Below are positions 29,923 to 39,047 of a DNA stretch of 64,000 nt, piece by piece. Source of the DNA: an uncultured virus (IMG/VR IMGVR_UViG_3300035498_001541) (lineage: Duplodnaviria; Heunggongvirae; Uroviricota; Caudoviricetes); IMG/VR virus record IMGVR_UViG_3300035498_001541; one strand, 5' to 3'. Numbering within the stretch: the first letter of the stretch is position 1; each line of letters begins with the position of its first letter. The notes under the pieces are model-generated. The model saw nothing but the letters and a program-made list of their open reading frames with translations. It did no database searches and was not told the origin of the DNA. Position numbers and translations under genes: made by a program.

Positions 29923-29956
29923 CAACTCTTAAAAGGGTTTACCCCTTCCAATTCAC

Positions 29957-29993
29957 CTAATTATTTATAGTAACTTCATGGTATCTCTAATGG
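29957..29993 (-). promoter_or_regulatory. Putative element-specific promoter, copy 1
   Basis: CCATTA-N18-TATAAATAATTAG. Confidence 0.5.
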
Positions 29994-30013
29994 CTGTTAA
30001 AAATCCATTTCAA

Positions 30014-30637
30014 CTACTGTTTAGAAGCTGCAGACCATGGCTTAGGAGTGCTGTATGAATAATACCCATACAAATAGTCATACTTAGGTTTCCTATCCTC
30101 ACAAACCTCATCAGTAGCTGAAAGAATCCCATCGCAAAAACTAATAACTACCTTTGAATAGTTAGCGTCACCAGAATTATGCAGCACAAAATCAAAATCG
30201 TAGTTATCCAATGCAACCTCAGATGGATGACTTGCCTGCTCTGCTGTCAGACTGTTTTGAAATCCGTCACGCACCACACGTACAGCTACACCGCCTAAAT
30301 CTTTCATGCACTCAATCTCATTAGGAAATCTTACATCCGGGATTATTACATAGTCCCATTCGCCGTCAAACATCTTAAGCAAATTAACCATGAAATCTGT
30401 GAAGTAATTAGGATTCTTCTTGCGGACAACATCCGTCCCTACATACTGCAGAAGACTACGTCCCGCTTTATTCTTTTCTCCATCCCACTCAAAAAGATTA
30501 CTTGCCATCCACTTAAGAATATCTGCGTAATGAGTAATCAATACCCGTTTTCCTTTGCTCTTCAAATACACCTTCATTATGCGTGCTGTAAAATCCTTCC
30601 CATGCTGTGCCTTCGCCGAAATTAAAATGACTTTCAT
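30014..30637 (-). CDS. Deoxynucleoside monophosphate kinase-like P-loop protein
   Basis: ISAKAQHGKD, RSLLQYVGTD, IPDVRFPNE and HPSE motifs as in phage dNMP kinases. Confidence 0.8.
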   Translation of the reverse strand: MKVILISAKAQHGKDFTARIMKVYLKSKGKRVLITHYADILKWMASNLFEWDGEKNKAGRSLLQYVGTDVVRKKNPNYFTDFMVNLLKMFDGEWDYVIIPDVRFPNEIECMKDLGGVAVRVVRDGFQNSLTAEQASHPSEVALDNYDFDFVLHNSGDANYSKVVISFCDGILSATDEVCEDRKPKYDYLYGYYSYSTPKPWSAASKQ

Positions 30638-30655
30638 TATTGTGCCTCCTAGATT

Positions 30656-31504
30656 CTACTTTACTTTTACCTTTACAGAGCAAGTCCCACCTGTCTTACT
30701 CTTAATTGTTACTTTACACGTACCAGCTTTCTTACCAGTAATCATGAACTTACTTCCAGAAAATGCCACCTTAGCAATCTTCTTATTGGAGCTTTTTACA
30801 CTCTTAATCTTAACAGACTTCCCTGTACTAACACTGGCAATAGTTCCACTTACTTTCTTTCCCTTCTTAACAGTAAACGAACTCTTGCTTGCTTTAATAG
30901 CATTTGAGGAGGTAGTTGCAACGCTCTCTGCCTGCTTGGTCAACTTATCAAGCTCACCAGAGAAGTATGTTGCTAAATCTGAATTGCTGACAATCTCACT
31001 ATCTGCACTTTCTGTAACTGCATAGTCAACAGAATTACTAAGTGAAGTGATATTACTGCTATCTGCAATAAACTCAACTGTGTAATCATTCACTTTAGTT
31101 CCATTGGTACTTACAATCTTGTCAGCAAATGTAAACCGCATTGTACTGCTCATACCAATTGCTGCGTATGCGTTTAAAGTTGCTGCGTTGAAGAACACAT
31201 AGCTGCTCGTGCACTTCCCTACTCCTGTGCTCGAGCCGAAAACCTCTGAATTATATTCATCAACATTATTGTATACGTTAGATTCCTCAGAGACATAGCA
31301 CTCTTTACCGTCAACAACCTGTATTGGGTATGAAGTAACACTCTTACCGTTCATAGTCATATCTGATGTTGCTTCATCCTTTGAAACAACGCACTTCTCA
31401 GTCATTACAACAGTACCATCACTGTTCAATACAGTATCACTCTCAACACTGCACCCTGTCAGTGCTAAAACACCGACCATCATTATAGCAATCATTTTCT
31501 TCAT
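30656..31504 (-). CDS. Lipoprotein with C-terminal Ig-like domain
   Basis: Lipobox LALTGC; K-rich SSNKKIAKV...GKKAGTCKVT. Confidence 0.8.
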   Translation of the reverse strand: MKKMIAIMMVGVLALTGCSVESDTVLNSDGTVVMTEKCVVSKDEATSDMTMNGKSVTSYPIQVVDGKECYVSEESNVYNNVDEYNSEVFGSSTGVGKCTSSYVFFNAATLNAYAAIGMSSTMRFTFADKIVSTNGTKVNDYTVEFIADSSNITSLSNSVDYAVTESADSEIVSNSDLATYFSGELDKLTKQAESVATTSSNAIKASKSSFTVKKGKKVSGTIASVSTGKSVKIKSVKSSNKKIAKVAFSGSKFMITGKKAGTCKVTIKSKTGGTCSVKVKVK

Positions 31505-31519
31505 AGTCTTAGTTACCTC

Positions 31520-31885
31520 CTAAAACTTTATTTCACACAAATCTGGATCAAGACCTAACCATTTGGCAATCAAATGCCTATGACAATAATCAGACGGTCT
31601 TTCAAAACAAATTAGTGCTACATCTTTTCCACCAGACAAATGCTCAAGGTCCTCCAAAATATTCTCCTTATTAAGAAGACTAAGTACCTGTCTCACGTAT
31701 CTCATACTGTAATGCACTCTTGAGCTACTATCTTTCATCCCATTTATCATCTCGTAGTCAGGAGCCAGCTCTTTGTAAGTCAACCCCTGATACCACCTTG
31801 GTGGATATTGGCAAACAGCAATTGGGACTATCCCCATTTTCTCGATAGCCTTCAGTCTGGCAAAATAACTCGTATATATCTTCAA
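31520..31885 (-). CDS. DUF488-family protein (phage-type)
   Basis: IYTSYFA...LAP...ALICFE...CHRHLIAKWL. Confidence 0.7.
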   Translation of the reverse strand: MKIYTSYFARLKAIEKMGIVPIAVCQYPPRWYQGLTYKELAPDYEMINGMKDSSSRVHYSMRYVRQVLSLLNKENILEDLEHLSGGKDVALICFERPSDYCHRHLIAKWLGLDPDLCEIKF

Positions 31886-31902
31886 AATTCTACCCCCAAT
31901 TC

Positions 31903-32145
31903 CTATTGCCCATCATTCTCTTCAACCCTATAGTTCACTACTCTTACAAAACAAAGTAAACCATTTACAAAGTCATTACACTCTTTAGCTGTTCCATTAA
32001 AGAGTGCACTTTCTACTAAACTGTCTTGTCTGCACAAGGTCACTGTGCATCTCTTATCTCGTAGCAGAACCAGTTTTGCAGAAACACCATCCTTCATTCT
32101 GCTATTGAGTATTTCAAGCCTCGTCTTAAGCAAGTAAGTATCCAT
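31903..32145 (-). CDS. Hypothetical protein
   Basis: 80 aa with RBS. Confidence 0.6.
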   Translation of the reverse strand: MDTYLLKTRLEILNSRMKDGVSAKLVLLRDKRCTVTLCRQDSLVESALFNGTAKECNDFVNGLLCFVRVVNYRVEENDGQ

Positions 32146-32156
32146 TTAAGTCTCTC

Positions 32157-32618
32157 CTAAGCTGTCAAAAATTTAATTACCCAAATGATAGGAAAGAAAG
32201 CTGATACAAAAGCAAAAGCAGTCACATCACTCTCTGACTTATCATCTATAGTTGCATAAATTGGTATTAAACAACTCCCCATGCAAATCACCTGCATCGC
32301 TAAACTCAGCAACGGACCAATGCCCGGAACCATTGCTACAAAAAATGCAATAAGCCACCAGAAGTTAAAGAGCATCCCGGGAACCTGCTTATTAAAAACA
32401 TAAGCAAATCCATCTTCATCTCTTGTCACATCTGCTAAGGCATACATCTGCAACAATGGAAGCCACGCCATCCAACTGTTCTGATACTCAAGAATCTTCA
32501 AAACCTTAAAGATTGCAAAGCACGTTACCACATAGCACACAATGCTGATTATAAGCAACACGCAAAGTATAGCGAACAATCCGCTAAAATACCCCATCAA
32601 AATATCTAGCCCGTCCAT
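32157..32618 (-). CDS. Multi-pass membrane protein
   Basis: Four or more TM segments; WMAWLP motif. Confidence 0.75.
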   Translation of the reverse strand: MDGLDILMGYFSGLFAILCVLLIISIVCYVVTCFAIFKVLKILEYQNSWMAWLPLLQMYALADVTRDEDGFAYVFNKQVPGMLFNFWWLIAFFVAMVPGIGPLLSLAMQVICMGSCLIPIYATIDDKSESDVTAFAFVSAFFPIIWVIKFLTA

Positions 32619-32626
32619 AGTACCTC

Positions 32627-33814
32627 CTATACTGCTTTCACTGACTTAGTTAAAGTTCGTATTGTTCTGCCTTTCTTATTCACAGACTTAATACGAAACT
32701 TGTAGCTTTTGCCTTTGATAAACTTGCCGGAAGCACCTGAACTGAAAGTGTATTTACTCTTTGTAGTTGTTGTAAGAAGCACCCAACCGTTGCTGCCCTT
32801 CTGATAGATTCTGTAATACTTAGCCTTTTTCTGTTTACCCCATGTAACTTTGCACTTACCGTATGAAACTGTAACTTTCTCATCATCGCTATTAGAAGTA
32901 GTATCCTTCTTCGTCGTAGTTGTGGTTGTCTTAGTTGGAGCAGCTGTTGTCTTTGGAGCAGCTGTAGCTGTAGCACTGGACTCTGCACTTGATGATACTG
33001 TAATACTACCCCATCCGCATCTGTATGCTTTGTATCTCAGATAATAAGTACCAGCTGAAAGACTCACGCTATCCGTAAGACTCTCCCCAGAACTTGGCTC
33101 CCATTTTTTGGTCTCTTTGAATGTTTGACCATTTGCATCAATAACATAGACGTAATCATAATAACCATCATATCCGTTCTTCTTAGCAAAACCATAGTCA
33201 TTGTAGCAGTTGTAGCTTATGGTCGCATCCTTGGTTAAAACAAACTTGTAAACCTGTTCCTTAACGGTATTAGAGAAAAAGCATCTCTGCTGTGTACCTA
33301 ATGAAAGAGTACCTGCCTCGGAAACGGAACTACACAGACCTGTTCCTCTGTCAACTGACTGGGCTTTTACAGAAATGCTAAAACAAGCGTTGGAAGCAAG
33401 AGTATTATCTGAACTGTATTCATCCCATACAAAAGTATAATAGTATGTTCCAGCCTCCAAGTACTCCTGATACTGCCTTGTCCCAAACTTTGCGTAAGTA
33501 GAACTTTGCTGCTCAATGATATTTGTTGCATTCTCGTCAGAACTCAGCATATCAGATATCTTGCAACTGTACTTGTCCGAAAGAGTATATGCAGCATCAA
33601 CCTGCACCATACTTGGGCTGTCCAAAGTAAACTGGTAAACCTCTCTCCCATTCAGAGATGTCACCTGCATAGTCGTAGCCTCTACTGTCTCTGATGAACT
33701 CTTGATATCGCTTACTACTGTTGGTGTAATTACCGTAGCAGCTTGTGCTTTACCGCTAATACTAAAGAGTAACCCTATCATTGCAGGTATCAATAACTTA
33801 CTAATCTTTTTCAT
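32627..33814 (-). CDS. Secreted protein (PPC-like beta domains, T-rich linker, FN3-like C-terminus)
   Basis: Signal peptide ending AQA; repeated L.AGTYY; paralog of the upstream gene. Confidence 0.85.
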   Translation of the reverse strand: MKKISKLLIPAMIGLLFSISGKAQAATVITPTVVSDIKSSSETVEATTMQVTSLNGREVYQFTLDSPSMVQVDAAYTLSDKYSCKISDMLSSDENATNIIEQQSSTYAKFGTRQYQEYLEAGTYYYTFVWDEYSSDNTLASNACFSISVKAQSVDRGTGLCSSVSEAGTLSLGTQQRCFFSNTVKEQVYKFVLTKDATISYNCYNDYGFAKKNGYDGYYDYVYVIDANGQTFKETKKWEPSSGESLTDSVSLSAGTYYLRYKAYRCGWGSITVSSSAESSATATAAPKTTAAPTKTTTTTTKKDTTSNSDDEKVTVSYGKCKVTWGKQKKAKYYRIYQKGSNGWVLLTTTTKSKYTFSSGASGKFIKGKSYKFRIKSVNKKGRTIRTLTKSVKAV

Positions 33815-33824
33815 CCTAAACCTC

Positions 33825-35072
33825 CTAGATTGCTTTTACTGATTTTGTTAAAGTCTTAATTACTTTACCTTTCTTGTTCACATACTTAATACGGAACTTG
33901 TAGCTCTTACCTCTTACAAATTTATCAGATACACCAGAACTAAGAACACAGCCATTCTTTTTGACAGTTTTAAGTAATACCCAACCATTACTTCCTTTCT
34001 GATAAACCTTGTAACCTTTTGCCTTCTTGCTCTTACCCCATGTGACCTTGCACTTACCGTATGAAACCTTGTTACTTATAGTCTCACTACTTGGTGCTGC
34101 ACTCGGAGTAGCACTTACCTTCGGTGTTGCACTCGGAGTAGCACTTACCTTCGGTGTTGCACTTGATGTTGCACTTGGTGTTGCACTCGGCATCGTACTC
34201 GGAGTAGCACTAGCTTCGTCATCCACTGATACTAAAACTGAACCAACGCCTACACTATCTGGTAAATACTGCAAATAGTACGTTCCGGCAGTTAAGCTCA
34301 TTGTGCCTGTAAAATCTTGGTCATCTGCCTTGTCAATATCATCGACCTTACTTAGCAACTTGCCATTTGAATCATAGATACACACATAGCAGTAAGTTAC
34401 CATACCAAAAGAGTTACCTCTCCACCCATCATCAGTATAATCAGTATGGGTTACATATGGGTCACAATCGATAGAACAGTCAAAGCTGAGCGTTGAATCC
34501 TTAGTGAGCTCAAATTTAAAATACTGTTCGCTACTATCTACAGTAAACAGACATTGATGAGGCACACCAAGAGTAAGCGACTCAGCATTTGAAATAGAGT
34601 CTGGTTTTTCACCAACCCTATTGATTGGTACCTCTTTTACAGAAATATTGTATGCTGCACCATAAGCAAGTTCACTAACATACAGCTCATTCTCGTCCCA
34701 CTTAAATGTGTAGAAGTAAGTTCCTGCTTCAAGATACACCCTAAATCTACTCTCACCGGAAGTGCCAAAGTGAGTAGTACCGGTCTCCAAGACATCATTG
34801 GCTTCAGCATCATAGCTAATGCAATCATGTACCCATCCAGATGCACCAGACCAAATCTCGTATGACACATTCAGCTCTACTAGACCAGGACTGTCTAAAG
34901 TAAACTGATAGACATTCTCCCCGTTAATACTGTCAACTGATACAGTCTTAGCTACTACATCTTCATTAATATCACTAACCATAACTGGTGTGATTACAGT
35001 AGCTGCTTGGCTTTTTACACCAAGCAACATACTGAAAGCTGCAACAACTAAAGACAAACTAATCTTTTTCAT
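33825..35072 (-). CDS. Secreted protein, paralog of 32627-33814
   Basis: Shared AATVITP, YQFTLDSP, SYGKCKVTWGK and TLTKSVKA. Confidence 0.85.
   Translation of the reverse strand: MKKISLSLVVAAFSMLLGVKSQAATVITPVMVSDINEDVVAKTVSVDSINGENVYQFTLDSPGLVELNVSYEIWSGASGWVHDCISYDAEANDVLETGTTHFGTSGESRFRVYLEAGTYFYTFKWDENELYVSELAYGAAYNISVKEVPINRVGEKPDSISNAESLTLGVPHQCLFTVDSSEQYFKFELTKDSTLSFDCSIDCDPYVTHTDYTDDGWRGNSFGMVTYCYVCIYDSNGKLLSKVDDIDKADDQDFTGTMSLTAGTYYLQYLPDSVGVGSVLVSVDDEASATPSTMPSATPSATSSATPKVSATPSATPKVSATPSAAPSSETISNKVSYGKCKVTWGKSKKAKGYKVYQKGSNGWVLLKTVKKNGCVLSSGVSDKFVRGKSYKFRIKYVNKKGKVIKTLTKSVKAI
34090..34210. repeat. Coding tandem repeat (SATP / SATPKV), including an exact 30-nt duplication
   Basis: tgcactcggagtagcacttaccttcggtgt occurs twice in tandem. 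Confidence 0.8.
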
Positions 35073-35159
35073 TTAAACCTCCATTGAAAAATCTTTGTAA
35101 CTGTGTTACACTGTCACTGTCGTAAAACTTACATTGGCTTTTAAGCCAATAACTTCCCT

Positions 35160-35203
35160 AATGCTTTGTGGTTCTCCCTCTTTACATTGAACCACAAAGC
35201 ATT
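35160..35203. terminator. Long inverted repeat, probable terminator
   Basis: AATGCTTTGTGGTTC / GAACCACAAAGCATT 15-bp arms. Confidence 0.6.
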
Positions 35204-35212
35204 TTTAGGTTG

Positions 35213-35611
35213 CTACTCAGAATACTGAAAATCATCATCAGTCAAAGCTTCTTTACTTCCTTCCAAGAAAGCATCTAAATCCATCTTTGCATACCGGTCA
35301 TGACTTACAAGAATCTGAGAAATCATTGCATCAAACTCTGCGTATCGCATAAGCTGTAATACACCTCTCAAGTCAAAGGTCTCATCATCACTTGCGTGTA
35401 AAACTATCTCCTCCAAACTAGCCAGGCCAACTTCCTCATCCTCGTATGCACACACGTATTTCTGCTCACCGAAAATAAGCTCGATTGCAAAAACATCGGT
35501 ACCAAGAACTCTTACTGAATTAAGGTCCTTACAGAAAACTGCATTCTTGCATCTGTCATCCTTAAACTCAATACCAGTTCTTTTTGAAACTAAATTTGCG
35601 ATTACATTCAT
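35213..35611 (-). CDS. Hypothetical protein
   Basis: Start reassigned to MNVIANL behind AGGAGG. Confidence 0.65.
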   Translation of the reverse strand: MNVIANLVSKRTGIEFKDDRCKNAVFCKDLNSVRVLGTDVFAIELIFGEQKYVCAYEDEEVGLASLEEIVLHASDDETFDLRGVLQLMRYAEFDAMISQILVSHDRYAKMDLDAFLEGSKEALTDDDFQYSE

Positions 35612-35652
35612 TGTTACCTCCTTACCTCCTGTTTTTATTTGTATCAAGTAGC

Positions 35653-35844
35653 TTAAGCTACACTGCTACCAAAAACCTCAACCCCATTACTTTTCAACTC
35701 CTCAAAATCTGAGTCATTCCTTACTCTCTTTGCATACCTAATACTAGATGCACTCTTCTGAGCAGCTATAATACTATCTGAGCTATACAATGCTTTCTTT
35801 CCATTCTCGAACTCAATATAGTACCAGTCCAAAACAATCACCAC
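35653..35844 (-). CDS. Hypothetical small protein
   Basis: 63 aa ORF. Confidence 0.5.
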   Translation of the reverse strand: MVIVLDWYYIEFENGKKALYSSDSIIAAQKSASSIRYAKRVRNDSDFEELKSNGVEVFGSSVA

Positions 35845-36035
35845 CTTTCAAAACAAGTTGTGGTACTGTTAATACCACAACTCAATAGAGGAGACCTGCA
35901 GCCTATGTTTCTCACTCCTACTACAGGCATACGAAAAACCAGGAGATCATAGTTATTAGTCAAAATAAAACCAACAAGTGGAATCAGTGAGACAACAGTC
36001 TCACACAGCACTTAGCTCTTCCCCTACCATACGCT

Positions 36036-36067
36036 AAAAACGTGTAGGCTTTGTTCAAACCTACACG
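36036..36067 (-). terminator. Intrinsic terminator
   Basis: CGTGTAGG/CCTACACG stem plus TTTTT. Confidence 0.7.
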
Positions 36068-36090
36068 CAATTCTTATTGCCGGCCGCACC

Positions 36091-37779
36091 TTACTTCTTG
36101 ATCAGCACTTTGTACACAATCTTCTTACTCCATACAGTTTTCTTACCGGACTTCTTGTAAGACCGAAGCTGTACGTAGTATGTCTTACCGTAAACAAAGT
36201 TCTTCAAAGTAGTTGTCTTACCAGTAATCTTCACCGTCTTAGCACCAGACATATTCTTCTTCAGAGAATAGCTAATCTCAGTACCCTTGGCATCCTTGCC
36301 TTTGGTGAAAGAAATCTTTACTTTGTTCTTTTTCAGTTTCTTAATCTTTACATTGGAAGGAGCTGCTGCAGTAGCTTTCTGCCACTTAGCGTATACAGTC
36401 ACAGCTTCCTTATCAGTAGCAGAGATACCCTTAAACTCGTATCCTTCTTCCATCTCCGGTGAAGTGTACCATCCAACAAAATCATACCCGTCACGAGTAG
36501 GATTCTCCAGACTTACAGTATCACCTAAGAAGAAGAATTCCGGATTATTCTCTGAGTTTGTACCCTTGTTCAGCTCATAAGTAATGCTCTGTACATCATA
36601 GTCAACTCTGAGGTTATACTTTGTGCCACTCAAACCGGAAACGACAACATAGTATGTAGAGCCTACTGCATAATCTGATTTATTCAGCAGTGCAGTACCT
36701 CTAGCCTGTGTACTTGAGCTTGTTACCTGATTGCCGTTGGAATCTAAAAGCATCAGAGACAGAGAATCATTATCAGAGTTATTTGTTAATGAAACTGTGG
36801 CTGAAGTGTGCTCCGGAGTAAACTTAAAAGCATCGGCATCCATATCGCACTGAAGCTCATAGTCATACCCGGTACCAACTGTAATGCCGTATGCAGTAGA
36901 AGCTGTATCATTAATATCATCTGTAAGCTGAGTAATCAACACATTGTAATTTCCGATATCATCATTGTTACTGCTGTCCAGCTTAAAGTAATATGTTGTC
37001 GTAGGATTCAGACTCAGATAAATTGTCTGCGTTGAATTAGCAGAGCAACTCAATCTCTGAAGCTCCTGCAAATTAGCATCATACAGCACAAAGTTCAGTG
37101 AGCTTACTGATACATCAATTACATCGACTTTATAGAACGCTTTGTCCTTTGTCGTAGTAAAGGTATAAAAATCAATATCAGCTGCACCATCTAAAGCTGC
37201 TGAGAGCGTTGTTCCTAAATCAATGGCAGTTGCAGTCTCCTTTGTATCGCCTGCAGCATCTGCTAAGGTCTTTACGCTTACAGAAACATTTGCTTCCTCA
37301 ATGCCATCACTATTTGAAAGTGAAACCACAACATAGTATTTCTGATTAGGATTCAGTTTCAAAGTAAAGGTCTGGCTTGATGACTGACCGACGCTTACAG
37401 AAGCATTCTGAAATGACGTCTTCATCTTATTCTGGTCGTATAGAGTAAAATTCACGCTGTTCTTAAAATAAGGATTGGAATACGTAAATTCGTAATACGT
37501 ATTTCCAGGAGCAGTCGTAAACTCAAAAGCAGTAGCTAAATCACCGGAATAGCTTAAGCTGTCTGACCCCTCAACTTCCTGACCAATCGACTTGATAGTG
37601 GCCTCAACTGTACTGTTAAGCTCCATCTTGTGCGCATTTTCAATTGACGTTACAGGTCCATTACCACCGCACAACTCAACTGAATACACCTTGTTACCAT
37701 CAGCAGCACCAACCTTCACACCACTTAGCGGCTGAAGCACTAATGCCAAAGCTAAAAACAAAACACCAATTTTCTTCAT
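36091..37779 (-). CDS. Secreted protein with PPC-like repeats, InlB B-repeat and FN3 domain
   Basis: Signal peptide; three D..D.A..I...D.D.Y.F units; PTRDGYDFVGWY; YYVQLRSYK. Confidence 0.85.
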   Translation of the reverse strand: MKKIGVLFLALALVLQPLSGVKVGAADGNKVYSVELCGGNGPVTSIENAHKMELNSTVEATIKSIGQEVEGSDSLSYSGDLATAFEFTTAPGNTYYEFTYSNPYFKNSVNFTLYDQNKMKTSFQNASVSVGQSSSQTFTLKLNPNQKYYVVVSLSNSDGIEEANVSVSVKTLADAAGDTKETATAIDLGTTLSAALDGAADIDFYTFTTTKDKAFYKVDVIDVSVSSLNFVLYDANLQELQRLSCSANSTQTIYLSLNPTTTYYFKLDSSNNDDIGNYNVLITQLTDDINDTASTAYGITVGTGYDYELQCDMDADAFKFTPEHTSATVSLTNNSDNDSLSLMLLDSNGNQVTSSSTQARGTALLNKSDYAVGSTYYVVVSGLSGTKYNLRVDYDVQSITYELNKGTNSENNPEFFFLGDTVSLENPTRDGYDFVGWYTSPEMEEGYEFKGISATDKEAVTVYAKWQKATAAAPSNVKIKKLKKNKVKISFTKGKDAKGTEISYSLKKNMSGAKTVKITGKTTTLKNFVYGKTYYVQLRSYKKSGKKTVWSKKIVYKVLIKK

Positions 37780-37958
37780 AATACATTTTCCTTTCTCTTG
37801 AAATAATTTTTGGTAATTACTTACCAGCTCCTCTATTTACAAAACTGCTAAACGCAGTCAGTAAACTAACTTGGTGCATCTCTGCTCAACCCACGAGCTA
37901 CCTCCTCTTTCATAACACAACTCCTCTCTTTACAACCTGTGTTTCCTCTTCAGAAACA

Positions 37959-37995
37959 CTAATTATTTATAAAAAGCGGTAAATTTTCGTAAGGG
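37959..37995 (-). promoter_or_regulatory. Putative element-specific promoter, copy 2
   Basis: CCCTTA-N18-TATAAATAATTAG. Confidence 0.5.
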
Positions 37996-38048
37996 TTGCT
38001 GAAAACCCAAATCACCGCAATTTTTCCTGTAAAACTTATTTTAGGTAT

Positions 38049-38073
38049 TAAAAAAGCAGTGCCATCGCACTGC
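38049..38073 (-). terminator. Intrinsic terminator
   Basis: GCAGTGC/GCACTGC stem plus T-run. Confidence 0.7.
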
Positions 38074-38631
38074 CTAATTCCTTCTATCTTTAACACTCCT
38101 ACGTATAATCTCACTTGTCAGCTCATTAGCAAGCTTTCGTTCTTCACGATTTCTTGTACGTATGCCATGCACTTGCTCCGTACTGAGCTCAACACTCTTT
38201 ACAAACTTTAGATACTCAAGACCTTTAGTTGTTTTAATACAAAATTGCTCTCCAACTTTTATACAATTAAGTGCCTCAACTGCCACATCTTCACTTAAAA
38301 AACCACCTTCATACTGTTCAATAATCTGAAACAATCTGTCATCAGCAATTGCCCCAACCAACAGATCGCACTCATAATCAGCAGCAAAATCACTTCGATT
38401 ACTTACAACAAAATTCAACCACTCGGAGTCTAGCCGAAACCTATAGTGTGTCAACCCATTAGTATCGAGGTCATATTCATTGATAACAGCTTTTGTTTTT
38501 CTACAAGCCCATTTCTCTGCCATCTCTAAATTTGGTGTTACATAGAATCCTAAACCAAAGTCTGTATTGCTCCGCCCCTCATAAATGCTTGGCTCTCTTA
38601 CTTTGCAATAAGAGCCATGATAAACTCTCAT
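38074..38631 (-). CDS. DUF3990-family protein (ADP-ribosyltransferase-like fold)
   Basis: VYHGS...DFGLGFYVT...WLNFV..NR...GAIADD. Confidence 0.8.
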   Translation of the reverse strand: MRVYHGSYCKVREPSIYEGRSNTDFGLGFYVTPNLEMAEKWACRKTKAVINEYDLDTNGLTHYRFRLDSEWLNFVVSNRSDFAADYECDLLVGAIADDRLFQIIEQYEGGFLSEDVAVEALNCIKVGEQFCIKTTKGLEYLKFVKSVELSTEQVHGIRTRNREERKLANELTSEIIRRSVKDRRN

Positions 38632-39047
38632 AATCTATCATCCTCCTTTATCATATCAATGGCAGTTTTTACACTAACTGTGTGCAGAACATCGTATGAA
38701 TCAAGCACACGGTCTAAATCGTAGCTCTTGACAATCTCCTTACCGTTAGTACCATCTAAGAAAAACCAATAAGTAAGTACATACCCTAGCCAATAGGCAT
38801 CTTCTGCATAGAGTGGACTGTCCTCATCAATCTCTGGCAACTTACCTGCAAACTCTTCATCAAAAACCTGCATAATATAGTACTTTGATTGCGAGCATAG
38901 CCATTCCTCAAAATCAAGAATTGATTGAAATGTATCTGACAAACACCACATCTTTACAAACTGGTACCTATTATATTTTCGTTCAGCCATTGCAATGGAA
39001 AACACATTTCCAATCTTCTCAATCAATTTCAATTCTATAAAATTCAT
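38628..39047 (-). CDS. Partner of DUF3990 (putative antitoxin)
   Basis: YWLGY...Y.VLHT motif; coupled to DUF3990; paralog of 40681-41130. Confidence 0.65.
   Translation of the reverse strand: MNFIELKLIEKIGNVFSIAMAERKYNRYQFVKMWCLSDTFQSILDFEEWLCSQSKYYIMQVFDEEFAGKLPEIDEDSPLYAEDAYWLGYVLTYWFFLDGTNGKEIVKSYDLDRVLDSYDVLHTVSVKTAIDMIKEDDRL

Noticed and set aside
35075..35160. Possible riboswitch upstream of the secreted paralogs
   Set aside because: Only short hairpins are present (ATTGGCTT/AAGCCAAT, TGTAAC/GTTACA), with no aptamer consensus I can recognise.
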